Part shown: positions 50,693 through 60,450 of the stretch, in pieces
Layout: every line of letters begins with the position of its first letter
Numbering within the stretch: the first letter of the stretch is position 1
DNA from: Candidatus Bathyarchaeota archaeon
Lineage (GTDB): Archaea; Thermoproteota; Bathyarchaeia; Bathyarchaeales; Bathycorpusculaceae
Length of the DNA stretch: 64,000 nucleotides
NCBI GenBank assembly: GCA_963780185.1
Contig: CAWABA010000010.1
Location: forward strand, 1 to 64,000
Direction of reading: 5' to 3'
The notes under the pieces: model-generated
Told to the model about the DNA's origin: nothing
Seen by the model: only the letters and a program-made list of their open reading frames with translations
The model's database searches: none
Translations under genes and position numbers: made by a program

Positions 50693-50974
50693 ATGGATGA
50701 AGATTTTGAACAAGACGATTTCGACATGATTGACCCATCAGCCAAAAGAGTTCTTGTAGCCCTTTCCCAATTCGAGAAAGGTCTCTTGGTGACGGTGGAC
50801 CTTTTACACAAAAAAACGGGTTTGATGCCTGAAGCCCTAAACGACGCAGTGCGGCACCTGTTAAAGTCCAAGCTCATCGACATACCTGAGCCGGCAAAAA
50901 AACATGGCCCCTATGATTTCAACACCGTCGAAATAACCGACTTCGGAAGGCAAGTGCTAGCGAAATTCGGATAA
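50693..50974 (+). CDS. Small winged-helix-like hypothetical protein
   Basis: LHKKTGLMPEALNDAVRHL....LI...VEITDFGRQVL resembles a wHTH. Confidence 0.65.
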   Translation: MDEDFEQDDFDMIDPSAKRVLVALSQFEKGLLVTVDLLHKKTGLMPEALNDAVRHLLKSKLIDIPEPAKKHGPYDFNTVEITDFGRQVLAKFG

Positions 50975-51128
50975 AACTTTACAACTAAACCCCCATCTTA
51001 ACTAGCAACGATACTTTTTCTTTTTTTAAGAATGACCAAGCCTGATTTGCCAAAGAGCAAAGCGTGGGATGTTAGATTTACACCCGCGTTTAAATCCACT
51101 CAAAAGGTGTGAACCTCTCTTTTCACGG

Positions 51129-51779
51129 CTACAAGCATTTGAGGTAATTGATCAGCGCTTGAAATTCTCCGGTTTTTTTCATCTGGTTTTTTTGAAGCAT
51201 TTCTTCTATGTTGGACTTGATGTAGAGTCCGCCAGACGGATACAGCTGACGGGCAACTAAAGTGAAGACTTTGCAGTTTGCTTTTCCTATCCTTTCTTCT
51301 CTAAATCGCCATTTGTAAGGACTTCTGGGCGGAAGAAGCGTTTCAGAAAAAACGATAACAGCAAAATTCCTCACATTGGTAATTGCTTCAAGCTCGTTGA
51401 ATTTGGCATGCAGCACTTTGTTAGGGTCTTCCCGCTTGCCGTTTTCCAGCATCTTGCCGCCGACAGCGTTGTTTTTAACCTCTATTACCATCTTCACGTT
51501 GTTAGACGGGAATGTGTTTTGGTTTGAGTCAATGCCACTCTTTAAAAGAAGCAGATCATTTTTGATCTTAGACCCTTGAATTGTGACGTCTGGAATCATT
51601 GAAAGGTTAAGGTCCCTTCTCAACAGATGATTGCGCAGGACTATTTCCGTTGCACTTCCAGATTTCTCGCGGGCTGTTTTGTCGGTTTTTTGTTTCTGAA
51701 ATTCTTCACCGACCTCGATTAGCATGGCGTATTCTTCATCGGCAGCTTCTAAGAATGGTTGCTTGGAGTAGTTGGGCAT
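51129..51779 (-). CDS. Putative PD-(D/E)xK nuclease-fold protein
   Basis: SGSATE...NDLLLL...VIEVKN. Confidence 0.6.
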   Translation of the reverse strand: MPNYSKQPFLEAADEEYAMLIEVGEEFQKQKTDKTAREKSGSATEIVLRNHLLRRDLNLSMIPDVTIQGSKIKNDLLLLKSGIDSNQNTFPSNNVKMVIEVKNNAVGGKMLENGKREDPNKVLHAKFNELEAITNVRNFAVIVFSETLLPPRSPYKWRFREERIGKANCKVFTLVARQLYPSGGLYIKSNIEEMLQKNQMKKTGEFQALINYLKCL

Positions 51780-51907
51780 AAGTTAAATGTCTCATCTCTA
51801 ACATAAAAAAACTAATGTGGAATTCGAAAGTGAAAAAGTCCAAAGAAGTTTAATCGAAAAAAAGAATTTGGAATCGTAGTTTTCGTTCGCCAAAAAGGAT
51901 GGGTAGG

Positions 51908-52345
51908 TTACCCGAATTTTATGTATTTTTTGGGCTCCATCATGTTAGCTCTGTTCCAGTGCTGCGCTTGGCATTTTGCTACCTTCACGATGATCAACCC
52001 GGGGCTTTCTGCCGTTATACCCATTTGCTTGAGGAAGGGGCGCGCTTCTATCACTTTACGCTTCATCTCGATATCTTGCACAAACTCCACCTTGCCCGTG
52101 ACCCGCACCATGTCTCCGCTTTTGCTTTTGGGGTCGAAGAAGCAGACTTCTACTTTGGGGTTGACTTTAAGCTGCTTGTAGACATCTTTGTTGGCGTCGA
52201 TGCTGTAGTAGAGGCCGGTTTTGTCGGCGGAGAAAAGTTGCAGCGCACGCACTTTCGGCTGGTCGCCGTCTAAGGTGGCGAAGAAACTGATTGGGTTGTC
52301 GGTTACAAACTTGAGAATTTCGTTCAATTCCGTAATAGTCGCCAA
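51908..52345 (-). CDS. Pyridoxamine 5'-phosphate oxidase-like FMN-binding protein
   Basis: FFATLDGDQPKVR, KDVYKQLKVNPKVEVCF, VRVTGKVEF. Confidence 0.9.
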   Translation of the reverse strand: MATITELNEILKFVTDNPISFFATLDGDQPKVRALQLFSADKTGLYYSIDANKDVYKQLKVNPKVEVCFFDPKSKSGDMVRVTGKVEFVQDIEMKRKVIEARPFLKQMGITAESPGLIIVKVAKCQAQHWNRANMMEPKKYIKFG

Positions 52346-52457
52346 AAAAGTAATAGTGGCGGTGATTATAGGTTTTTCCTCAGCGAACGAGCTGGCGGTT
52401 TAGCAGTGTAGGCGGCTCGCGGAACTTCATGCTTGAGCGGTAGGGCGAATTTGGAAA

Positions 52458-52501
52458 TGGCGCGGGATGTGGGATTTGAACCGACGTGGCCTTTCAACCA
52501 C
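52458..52501 (-). repeat. Direct repeat of the tRNA-Ser 3' end (att-like site)
   Basis: 41 of 44 nt identical to 53463-53506. Confidence 0.9.
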
Positions 52502-52598
52502 CTGCGGGGCTGTAAAATCGCTTTCGTTGCTAAACGTTACCATTACATACTCAGTAATAATGAAATATTTATATGGTTTGTAATGGTAAAGGGGTGCT

Positions 52599-53450
52599 GT
52601 GCGAACTATAAAAAGAAAAAAAGGCAAAAATGAGTACTTCTATCTGCAACATTCCTTTCGAAAGAATGGAAAAGTGATTACAAAGGAGCTTTACCTTGGA
52701 AAGAAAATTCCTGAAAACATTGACGAAATAAAAACCAAACTCGCTCACGAACCACATGCAGCATTGGCTAAAAAACTCGACAAACTAAGGAAGAATTTTC
52801 AGGAAGAATGGAAAAGAACCCCCTTATCAGCCCAAGAAAAAGAACTGCAAGAGGTAGCCATCGCCTTTACTTATAACACGAACGCAATTGAAGGGTCAAC
52901 CATAACTCTTGAGGAAGCTAGGTTAATACTGGAAGACAAAGTTGCTCCGAACAAGCCGCTCCGAGATATCCGAGAAACAGAATCACACGCAGCCGTTTTT
53001 TTGCAAATGTTGAAAACCAAAGAAAAAATCTCAAACAAACTCGTGTTAAAGTGGCATGAAGAAATCTTTAAAGAAACAAAACCTGACATCGCAGGAGCTT
53101 TTAGAAACTATCAAGTCAGAGTGGGTCCTTATTTGGCGCCAGATTGGCGAAAAGTCGAAAACCTAATGGAACAACTAGTAGCTTTCATAAACGAGTCAAC
53201 TCTCAGTTCCGTCGAGCTTGCCGCCAGAGCTCACTATGTATTTGAGAAGATTCATCCTTTCGGCGACGGCAACGGCAGAATCGGAAGGCTCTTGATGAAT
53301 TACATTTTATGGCGAAACGGTTACCCAATGCTCATAATAGAGTACAGCAAAAGAAAATCCTACTACAAAGCCCTGCAGCGACCCGAAGAAGGCTTCGCAA
53401 GTTATTTTATCAGAAGATACCTAGCTGTGCACAAACAACGCCTAAACTGA
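52599..53450 (+). CDS. fic: Fic family protein (AMPylase motif)
   Basis: YNTNAIEGST, canonical HPFGDGNGRIGR; N-terminal YFYLQHSFRKNGKV...YLG module. Confidence 0.95.
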   Translation: MRTIKRKKGKNEYFYLQHSFRKNGKVITKELYLGKKIPENIDEIKTKLAHEPHAALAKKLDKLRKNFQEEWKRTPLSAQEKELQEVAIAFTYNTNAIEGSTITLEEARLILEDKVAPNKPLRDIRETESHAAVFLQMLKTKEKISNKLVLKWHEEIFKETKPDIAGAFRNYQVRVGPYLAPDWRKVENLMEQLVAFINESTLSSVELAARAHYVFEKIHPFGDGNGRIGRLLMNYILWRNGYPMLIIEYSKRKSYYKALQRPEEGFASYFIRRYLAVHKQRLN

Positions 53451-53845
53451 GAAAGAGTTAGTTGGCGCGGGATGTGGGATTTGAACCCACGCGGCCTTTC
53501 GACCACAGACTTAGCAGGCCTGCCCCCTACCAGGCTAGGGCAATCCCGCACGTTGATATTTTGTTGTTCTAAGCCTGTTCCTAGTCCCTTTAGGTGCTCT
53601 ATGTTTGCTTGAACACCTTGACCAGTTTCAGCCAATCCATTATACTGTATTTCAATTAAACCTTTCTGGGAATTAAGACTAGTGGATTGACCCAATTGCT
53701 CCTTAACATACTTCCTGCTTTGCTTATGATGGAAGAGTTTGCTCTTGCCATACTCAGCCTTTCCTCCATAGTGCCTAACTCTGCAATAGTTGCCTAATCG
53801 TTGAAGATAACCTTCTTGCTTACAAACTTCACAGATTATTCGCAT
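53402..53845 (-). CDS. Small CxxC protein whose frame runs through tRNA-Ser; possible N-fragment of a tRNA-split integrase
   Basis: AGAGGGGG SD and TTTATA upstream; MRIICEVCKQEGYLQ..GNY.RVRHY; no stop before the tRNA. Confidence 0.5.
   Translation of the reverse strand: MRIICEVCKQEGYLQRLGNYCRVRHYGGKAEYGKSKLFHHKQSRKYVKEQLGQSTSLNSQKGLIEIQYNGLAETGQGVQANIEHLKGLGTGLEQQNINVRDCPSLVGGRPAKSVVERPRGFKSHIPRQLTLSQFRRCLCTARYLLIK
53463..53549 (-). tRNA. tRNA-Ser(GCT)
   Basis: GCGGGAT/ATCCCGC acceptor stem, CAGGC-CTGCTAA-GTCTG anticodon arm, long variable arm, GTTCAAATC T-loop, G discriminator, encoded CCA. Confidence 0.96.
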
Positions 53846-53946
53846 TCTACCCCCTCTTGGAATTTGGGAACCCCGAGTGGTCAACTCTGAATATAAAGAC
53901 CATTAAAACATAATTTTGGGACGTCAGTTGTTACTAGTTTTCTCAG

Positions 53947-54213
53947 TCATTTCTCAAGTTTCATGCCGCACTTATTGCAGAAATCATCATTATATCTGTT
54001 TTCTGCCCCACATCTAGCACAGCTAATTTTGTTTTTCTTAAAATAATAATTTATCATTGAAGGACAAACAGGTATTAACACACTAAATATAAGGGCGTAG
54101 AAAAAATACTGACCAGAGCTAATTGCGTGATTGTAATTTAACAAAAGCAACACAATATATGCTAATGATAAAGCTCCTACAATAATTATTCTTACTCTTG
54201 TTTTCTTGCCCAT
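53947..54213 (-). CDS. Two-TM protein with C-terminal zinc ribbon
   Basis: CARCGAEN.....FCNKCG; low GC. Confidence 0.75.
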   Translation of the reverse strand: MGKKTRVRIIIVGALSLAYIVLLLLNYNHAISSGQYFFYALIFSVLIPVCPSMINYYFKKNKISCARCGAENRYNDDFCNKCGMKLEK

Positions 54214-54439
54214 ATGCTCACTATTGATGACTTTTAGATTTAAGACTTATCAAAAGCGTCACGTATGCTTTGTTTTGCCTGTTGTAGAATACGTTTTTCA
54301 TATGCCAAATTTAAGTGCCTTTAAGAACTAATTTTGGAGCGTACAGTCAAAGGAGTAACTCAGTCAAGAAAGCTTGACTTGATTTAGTTAAGAAATCTTG
54401 ACGAATAGTCTTTTATCTCAACTGAATGCATGAGTCATT

Positions 54440-55231
54440 ATGGGCTGTTTAAGAAAAGGTATGGCTTTAGTTCTAATTCTAATCATGGTTGTCTCAGCCT
54501 TAGGTCTAATGATGGTTAAACCTGCAAACGCTCAAAGATTTGAACAAGATACATCTTTTCCTACGCCGTCCATTCCACAGTTTACCGTCAGGATTGTAAA
54601 CAACTCATACTACACACAACCAATAACTACCATCACAACTGACCCCTTTACAGGACAATCAACGACTACAACAACGCCAAGCCGGTTTGTAGAGGATGAA
54701 TTTATAGAATTAGCAATTAAGAACCAATCAGTCACTTTTCAACGTGGCGGTATCGACCTTTACTTTGACGTCCGCACGAAAGGTCATTTCTCAAAGGATT
54801 GGAATTACATTAGTACTCTTGACGGTAATATTATTGAAAACTACTCATCACGGTATACTATTGTTACAGCATATTTTGACCATGATTTTCCTGCTGTTGG
54901 ACAAATAGACTTTCAGGTAAGAGCAATAATTGGAGACATCTATGTTGAAGATCCCAATACTCTTTCCCAATATGAGATTGTCATGGGACAAAACGGTGGC
55001 TGGACTGATATACAAACAATCAGTATACCCGATGGTTCAGTTTCTATTACGCCATTCACCAATCCATCTCCTGCTCCTACTCAAACACCAACGTCTATTC
55101 AAACGCCAACTCCAACGCCTATCACAACTCCCACCGTTCCGGAGTTTCCAACAATCGTAATTCTGCTTTTGCTTCTTTCCGTGTTCTCTATTACTGTGGT
55201 ACTCAGGCTTAAAAAGCGGAGAATAAGCTGA
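54440..55231 (+). CDS. Secreted surface protein with PEF-CTERM signal
   Basis: Signal peptide, PTPSIPQFTV...IDFQVRA, TP linker, VPEFPT + TM + KKRR. Confidence 0.85.
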   Translation: MGCLRKGMALVLILIMVVSALGLMMVKPANAQRFEQDTSFPTPSIPQFTVRIVNNSYYTQPITTITTDPFTGQSTTTTTPSRFVEDEFIELAIKNQSVTFQRGGIDLYFDVRTKGHFSKDWNYISTLDGNIIENYSSRYTIVTAYFDHDFPAVGQIDFQVRAIIGDIYVEDPNTLSQYEIVMGQNGGWTDIQTISIPDGSVSITPFTNPSPAPTQTPTSIQTPTPTPITTPTVPEFPTIVILLLLLSVFSITVVLRLKKRRIS

Positions 55232-55360
55232 GAATACAATCTAAAATATGCTTTATTTCTGCCTAGCGACCCAGACAGGTTCCTTAAATCTACTCTATAA
55301 ACAAAGCAGTATGCCCAGAAGTATAGTCCTCATTTCCAGCTGGCTGAAAGGGTACTGTTC

Positions 55361-55460
55361 ACGTTGCACGCAAACACAAACGGGTGCGAGGAACGCCGTT
55401 TTTTGTGTCTATTTGGCTCTTCTAGATGTGTCTATTTGGGTCATCTGGTAAACCGAGGGG
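55361..55460. repeat. Dispersed non-coding repeat, copy 2
   Basis: Same orientation and layout as 30059-30162. Confidence 0.85.
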
Positions 55461-55502
55461 CGGGTGTGTGAGAGAGGCAGGGATTGATTCAGGAGGGGTA
55501 CC

Positions 55503-55592
55503 CCATTTTTACATTTAAAAACCGAGGTAAAAATGGCTTCAAGGACAGGGGGGAGGGGGTCTAGTATTTACATTAAAATTCCAATGTAAATA
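55503..55592. repeat. Two related palindromic sites (TTTACATT-N8-AATGTAAA type)
   Basis: CCATTTTTAC...GTAAAAATGG (55503-55536) and TATTTACATT-aaaattcc-AATGTAAATA (55565-55592). Confidence 0.75.
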
Positions 55593-55745
55593 TGGGTTCC
55601 AAAAGCCAACACAAAAAGTAAACAAGGCAATCATCGCACGTTTAACTTGCCTTTTGGAGGGAATTTGGATCAAAATATTTAACTCCGCGTTACATGAGCA
55701 TTGGCAACACTCATGCGGTATCTTTGTGTAGAAGCGGCGGTTAAG

Positions 55746-57270
55746 ATGAAAAAACGTTTGGCAGCGGTTCTGGCAATAGCTATAATTGTCGTTGTTGTAG
55801 TGTCATCGTTCGCTGCCGTAGAACTTTATGATTTCTCAGCTCCCGTGGCAAGCAAGAAGCCTTTTTACGTCGGCGTCACCTACTGCGGTAACTCAACACT
55901 CGAAGCAGAGCAGCTTATTGACAGGGTAAAAAACTATACTAACTTGTTTGTTTTGCAGTCTGGTCCATTGATGAGCGACCTTAACGCTACCGAGCAAATA
56001 TGCGACTACGCGGTTAACTCAGGATTAAACATCATAATTTACTTTGGCACTAGTGGTTCACCATTCACTTTGGATTCGCTGCTCAAAATTGCTCAGACCC
56101 GTTGGGGCAACCATTTCCTGGGGCTATATTACCAAGACGAACCAGGCGGAAAAATGCTCGATACGGAACTAGACCTCTACATGAATAACGGTTCTGTTAG
56201 TAAGAATACTGACGGGTCGGTTTCAATTGGTGAATCGAACGATAGCCAGTCGCCGTCTTGGTACACCGACATTACTTTCTCACCTTCAGGAAAAATTACA
56301 GTTTTCAAATCAACAACCCTTGACGTTCCCAGCAATCAAACCGTTATGACCACAAATGGTAGCGACCACAACCATAACCGTTCCTTTTACGGTGGAAAAC
56401 TCAATGACTGTTTACTACCTGAATGGAACCATTTCTTATTCATCAAACATTGGCGATGTTAACACTCCGCAGATAATTTACCGACCAGACGACACTGCAC
56501 AATACGAAAACGGCACCCTGGTAACTGGCAAAGGCAATATTTCACAGTTTGAACCGTACCAAAAACTTTGGGATTCAAGGCCTCTTCAAACTTACGCTGA
56601 AGCCGCAGACCTTTTCACAGGCAACGAACAGCACGTCTTGGGTACGCTCGGCAACCAATCATCGATTAAACTTTTCACTTCCGACTATGCCCTTTACTGG
56701 TACGACTACCAAGGAGGCTACGACGTTGTGCTATCCGAGCTTGGATGGAATCAATCAACCACACAAAACATCGCTTTGGTCAGAGGCGCCGCTGACATGC
56801 AGAACAAGAGTTGGGGCACAGTAATAGATTGGGCAAGCCTGACAGCGCCTTACCTGCAAAGCAGCAGCCAAATGTACAATCAAATGTGCCAATCCTACCG
56901 AAGCGGAGCCACATACGTTGTCGTCTTCAACTACTCTCCCAGCGGCAACGGCACAGGGCTTTTGCAAGATAACGATTTTGCGGCTTTGCAGAAGTTCTGG
57001 AAAAACGTGGTTGAGAACCCCAAAGAAACCAACAACTTCACCGCACAGGACGCCTTAGTTTTGCCTCAAAACTACGGTGGCGGCATGCGAAACCAAAACG
57101 ACACAGTATGGGGCATATGGCAAGCCGACAGCACCTCGCAGCAAATTTGGGCTAACCTGCAGACAAACCTATCAAAACACGGCTCAAAACTCGACGTTAT
57201 CTACGATAACCCAGCCTACCCGACGGCAGGACGGTACCAACATGTTTACTATTGGAACCAAACCGCCTGA
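55746..57270 (+). CDS. Membrane-anchored extracellular hypothetical protein (frameshift near 56364)
   Basis: ORFs 55701-56462 and 56356-57270 join with one base removed; YVGVTY, YYQDEPGG, FTSDYALYWYDY. Confidence 0.7.
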
Positions 57271-57415
57271 ACCTGCACCGTTAGCCGCTTTTTTGAGGGC
57301 AAAAACCGTTTTTGGCTTCTAGTTCAGGTTTTCTAAACAGAAGAAATTTAAGGAACGAGCAAAGAAGAATTACCTGAGCGTAATCTAAGTCATATTGAAT
57401 TTTGAGGCGCTGAGT

Positions 57416-57847
57416 ATGGTTGAGAAACTATCAAAATCTGACGTTGCATTCATCCAGCAGCTTCCAGTCGGAAGGCTTGCAACCGTAACCAAAGAATGCG
57501 AACCTGTGGTGAGGCCGATTTGGGCTGTTTTCGACAGCGTATTCATCTACTTTGCATCTGACCCAGACATGCCCAAGCTTGAGCATATAGAGGAGAACCC
57601 TGAGGTTTCGTTGGTTTTCGACGACTACGACAGGGAAAATTGGGCTGCAGTCAAAGGAATCCGTGTTCAAGGCGAAGCAGAAATCATGTGGGAAGGCGAA
57701 GAATACCGCTACGCGCATTCCCTTCTTGAAGAGAAATATCCAGAGTACCGAACCACTGACGGCGGCTGGAAAGAAGGCGACGTACCCATAATCAAGATTA
57801 CGCCCACAAGCTACAGCAAATGGGCTGCGGGGCAATTGAAAAAATAG
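57416..57847 (+). CDS. PPOX-class (pyridoxamine 5'-phosphate oxidase-like) oxidoreductase
   Basis: VGRLATV....P.VRPIW, KLEHIEENPEVSLVFDDY, VQGEA, LEEKYPEY. Confidence 0.9.
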   Translation: MVEKLSKSDVAFIQQLPVGRLATVTKECEPVVRPIWAVFDSVFIYFASDPDMPKLEHIEENPEVSLVFDDYDRENWAAVKGIRVQGEAEIMWEGEEYRYAHSLLEEKYPEYRTTDGGWKEGDVPIIKITPTSYSKWAAGQLKK

Positions 57848-58613
57848 CTATTTTCGCCCCTTGATTATGCCTATCCTGCCGACCATAAAAGGCAGCTTCA
57901 AAGCAGCTGGGATAAATGGTGCGTTTCTTGGTTTCTACAAACTCAACTTCGGCTACGCCCCAGCTTTTTATCGTCGCAACCAACTCGTCAACGTTGCCGT
58001 AGACGGGTTTGAGTAAAAACAGGTCTTGGAAAGCGAATTTTCCGTCCTTCTTAACTACACGTAACGCTTCACGAATCACTTCGCGTTTGTCCTTTGCATC
58101 GGCGACTTCGTGGAAACACAAGTTGCTGACTGCAGCATCAAAATACCCATCGTCGAAAGGCAACTTTGACGCGCTCGCCTTCTGGAAACTCACTCGTTCG
58201 GCTACACCCGCCGCTTTCGCGTTCGCTTCACAGGTGCCCTTTGAGTATTCCCATCGTTCACCCCAAAAGTCAATTCCAGTTACCTGCGCTTCGGCAAACT
58301 TCTTGGCAAGCTTTATCGTTAATGCGCCGTTTCCGCAGCCTATGTCAACAGCTTTTCCTTCGCCGCTCCAGTCCAGGTTCGTAATTGCTGTTTCCCAGAT
58401 TTTATCTTGAACGTTCCCGCCCCGAGGCGAAAACAAATAGCGCGCATAAGCAAAATACACTGCAACAGCAAAGAACACGAGCGCGGGGATAAGTGCGACC
58501 CAAAACAGAAATGCCACCGCCAAAAGCGCCAAGCCTAAAACGCCAAAGATGTAGATTAAACGGGTTGAAACCCAATTTCCAAAATCAGGCGCACTTTTTA
58601 CTTCTTTAGCCAT
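57848..58613 (-). CDS. Class I SAM-dependent methyltransferase (frameshift near 57930)
   Basis: VDIGCGNG, LPFDDGYFDAAVSN, EALRVVKKDG; the alternative frame ends PFIPAALKLPFMVGRIGIIKGRK*. Confidence 0.9.
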
Positions 58614-58714
58614 CTCAATTCACCAGCGGCTTTACTTTGCATTGGAATGCTATTTAAAACTTCAGCAAGAGAGGGCAAGCAATTTTTTTAAGTCAAGGCG
58701 AGTTAACGGTTGCT

Positions 58715-59506
58715 ATGCAGAATATTGATCCTCTCTTTATTCTTCAACCCGTAATCGTAATCATAATCTGCACCGCGCTTTTGCTTTATTGGTACCGCAG
58801 GCGACGTTTTCACTGGATGGTGCTTCTGTACTCTCTTGTAGCGTATTCCGTGGCAATCGCGCTCAAGTACGCAGTGCAAATCCCCACCTACAACTCGGTG
58901 AAGAGCTATTTCGGCTCAGCCAGCGTGGGGTTAGGCGTCTACTTCGGTCTTCAAACCGTGTTTTTAGAGGTGGGTTTAGCTTACTTGGTCGCGTGGTGGG
59001 TGATTTCCCGCGGGTTGCTTGACCGTAAAGACGCGGAAGCTTACGGTTCAGGGTTGGCTTTCTGGGAAAACGCAGGCTTACTCGGCATGCTTTCACTCAT
59101 CAACCTCATCACCTACTGGAGCATTCTCTCATCCAACACCCCGCTCGCACAGACACTTTACAACCAGTTAAACGCGAATTCACCTGGGCTTTTTGCTCCT
59201 GCGTCCGAAGCTTTACGGTCAGTTGCGTTAGGCACCCTTGAGAGAATCTCTTCAATCATGATTCATTTCGCATGGGGTTACCTGTGCTTCATGGCAGTCA
59301 CACTGCGGAAGAGGCAGCTGTTTCTGATTGCGTTGCCCATGGGGTTTGTCGATTTCCTGGTTCCTTTTGCCTCAGGCATCGGAATCGTGGTTTTCGAAGC
59401 CATTGTATTCGCGTTGGCGGTCTTGTCTATCTTTGTGGCTTGGTACGCTGTTAAGCATGCAGGCGGAAACTCGGAAAACGACATTCCAGTGTCCCAAGTC
59501 AAATAA
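58715..59506 (+). CDS. YhfC/PrsW-like intramembrane metalloprotease family protein
   Basis: Multi-TM; FLEVG, YGSGLAFWE, LERISS...HFAWG. Confidence 0.75.
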   Translation: MQNIDPLFILQPVIVIIICTALLLYWYRRRRFHWMVLLYSLVAYSVAIALKYAVQIPTYNSVKSYFGSASVGLGVYFGLQTVFLEVGLAYLVAWWVISRGLLDRKDAEAYGSGLAFWENAGLLGMLSLINLITYWSILSSNTPLAQTLYNQLNANSPGLFAPASEALRSVALGTLERISSIMIHFAWGYLCFMAVTLRKRQLFLIALPMGFVDFLVPFASGIGIVVFEAIVFALAVLSIFVAWYAVKHAGGNSENDIPVSQVK

Positions 59507-59559
59507 ATGCATAAAGCTTATCCCTAACTTGCCATTAATAGCAGAAGAGTGGGGTCAGT

Positions 59560-60358
59560 ATGTCGTTAGAATCGGGAAGGCACTTAGGGTTCATCGCCAG
59601 CTTGATAGCGGTCATCGTGCCAGTCATCACGGTTTTTTTGTACGGTTTTCTTATTTTGTCGTTGTTTGGTTTCGTTTCATCTGCTGCAACTGGAGGTAGC
59701 CAAACCTACGGCGGCACCTTTTTCCCTGTTGGAATCCTGTTTGTGCTTATCGCCATTGTGGTTATCGCTATCGTCGGAATTGTCCTGTTTTTCCTTTCGC
59801 TGCACAGGCTAAGCCAGTACTATAATGAGCCAGGCATATTCAAGAATGCATTTTACGGTTTCATAATAAACATAGTTGGAGGAGGTATCGTTGTTGCGGT
59901 TATGTTTGCGGTTTTATTTGCATCTATATTTTCTTCGTTCTCTCACCCCGTGACGAGTCTTTCCCCATTTGGGGCTATCGGGTTGATTTTAGGCGTAGCC
60001 GCAGCGGCTTTTGTAATTGGGATAGTTAGTGCTGTACTCTTCAAGCGTTCCTTCGACAAACTTGGAGAGAAATCAGGAGTCCAAAGCTTCAAAACTGCAG
60101 GCGACTTGTACCTGATCGGCACAGTTTTAACTATCGTTTTTGTCGGCAGCTTAATTGTGTGGATTGCCTGGATTTATTCTGCCTCAGGGTTCTATTCGCT
60201 CAAGCCAACATCAGGGCAGCCATCAGTCATTTCTTATTCCGCGCCGCAGCCTCCCGCGACATTTAACATGGCGGAAAAGCGATATTGTCCAATACTGCGG
60301 AGCACAAATCAGCGCTGACTCACTTTACTGCCCCAACTGCGGAAGACAAATTCGATAA
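59560..60358 (+). CDS. DUF996 family membrane protein with C-terminal zinc ribbon (frameshift near 60292)
   Basis: LSQYYNEPGIFKNAFYG, KSGVQSFKTAG.LY.IG..LTI; shifted tail YCGAQISADSLYCPNCGRQIR. Confidence 0.8.
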
Positions 60359-60450
60359 TGAAAAGTGCAACTTCTCCCTGAATTTGTCGTCGACAACAAA
60401 TTTTATATCTTGGTGCTCGCTCCTTTTCGGAGTAGAAGTTGTGATACCTT

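Larger units (their letters stand above)
52458..53506. mobile_element. Mini genomic island at tRNA-Ser carrying a Fic gene
   Basis: Bounded by tRNA 3'-end direct repeats; no integrase inside. Confidence 0.65.

Noticed and set aside
52458-52501. Second tRNA gene
   Set aside because: Only the 3' half is present (no D or anticodon arm) and it has a T-stem mismatch; treated as an att-like repeat
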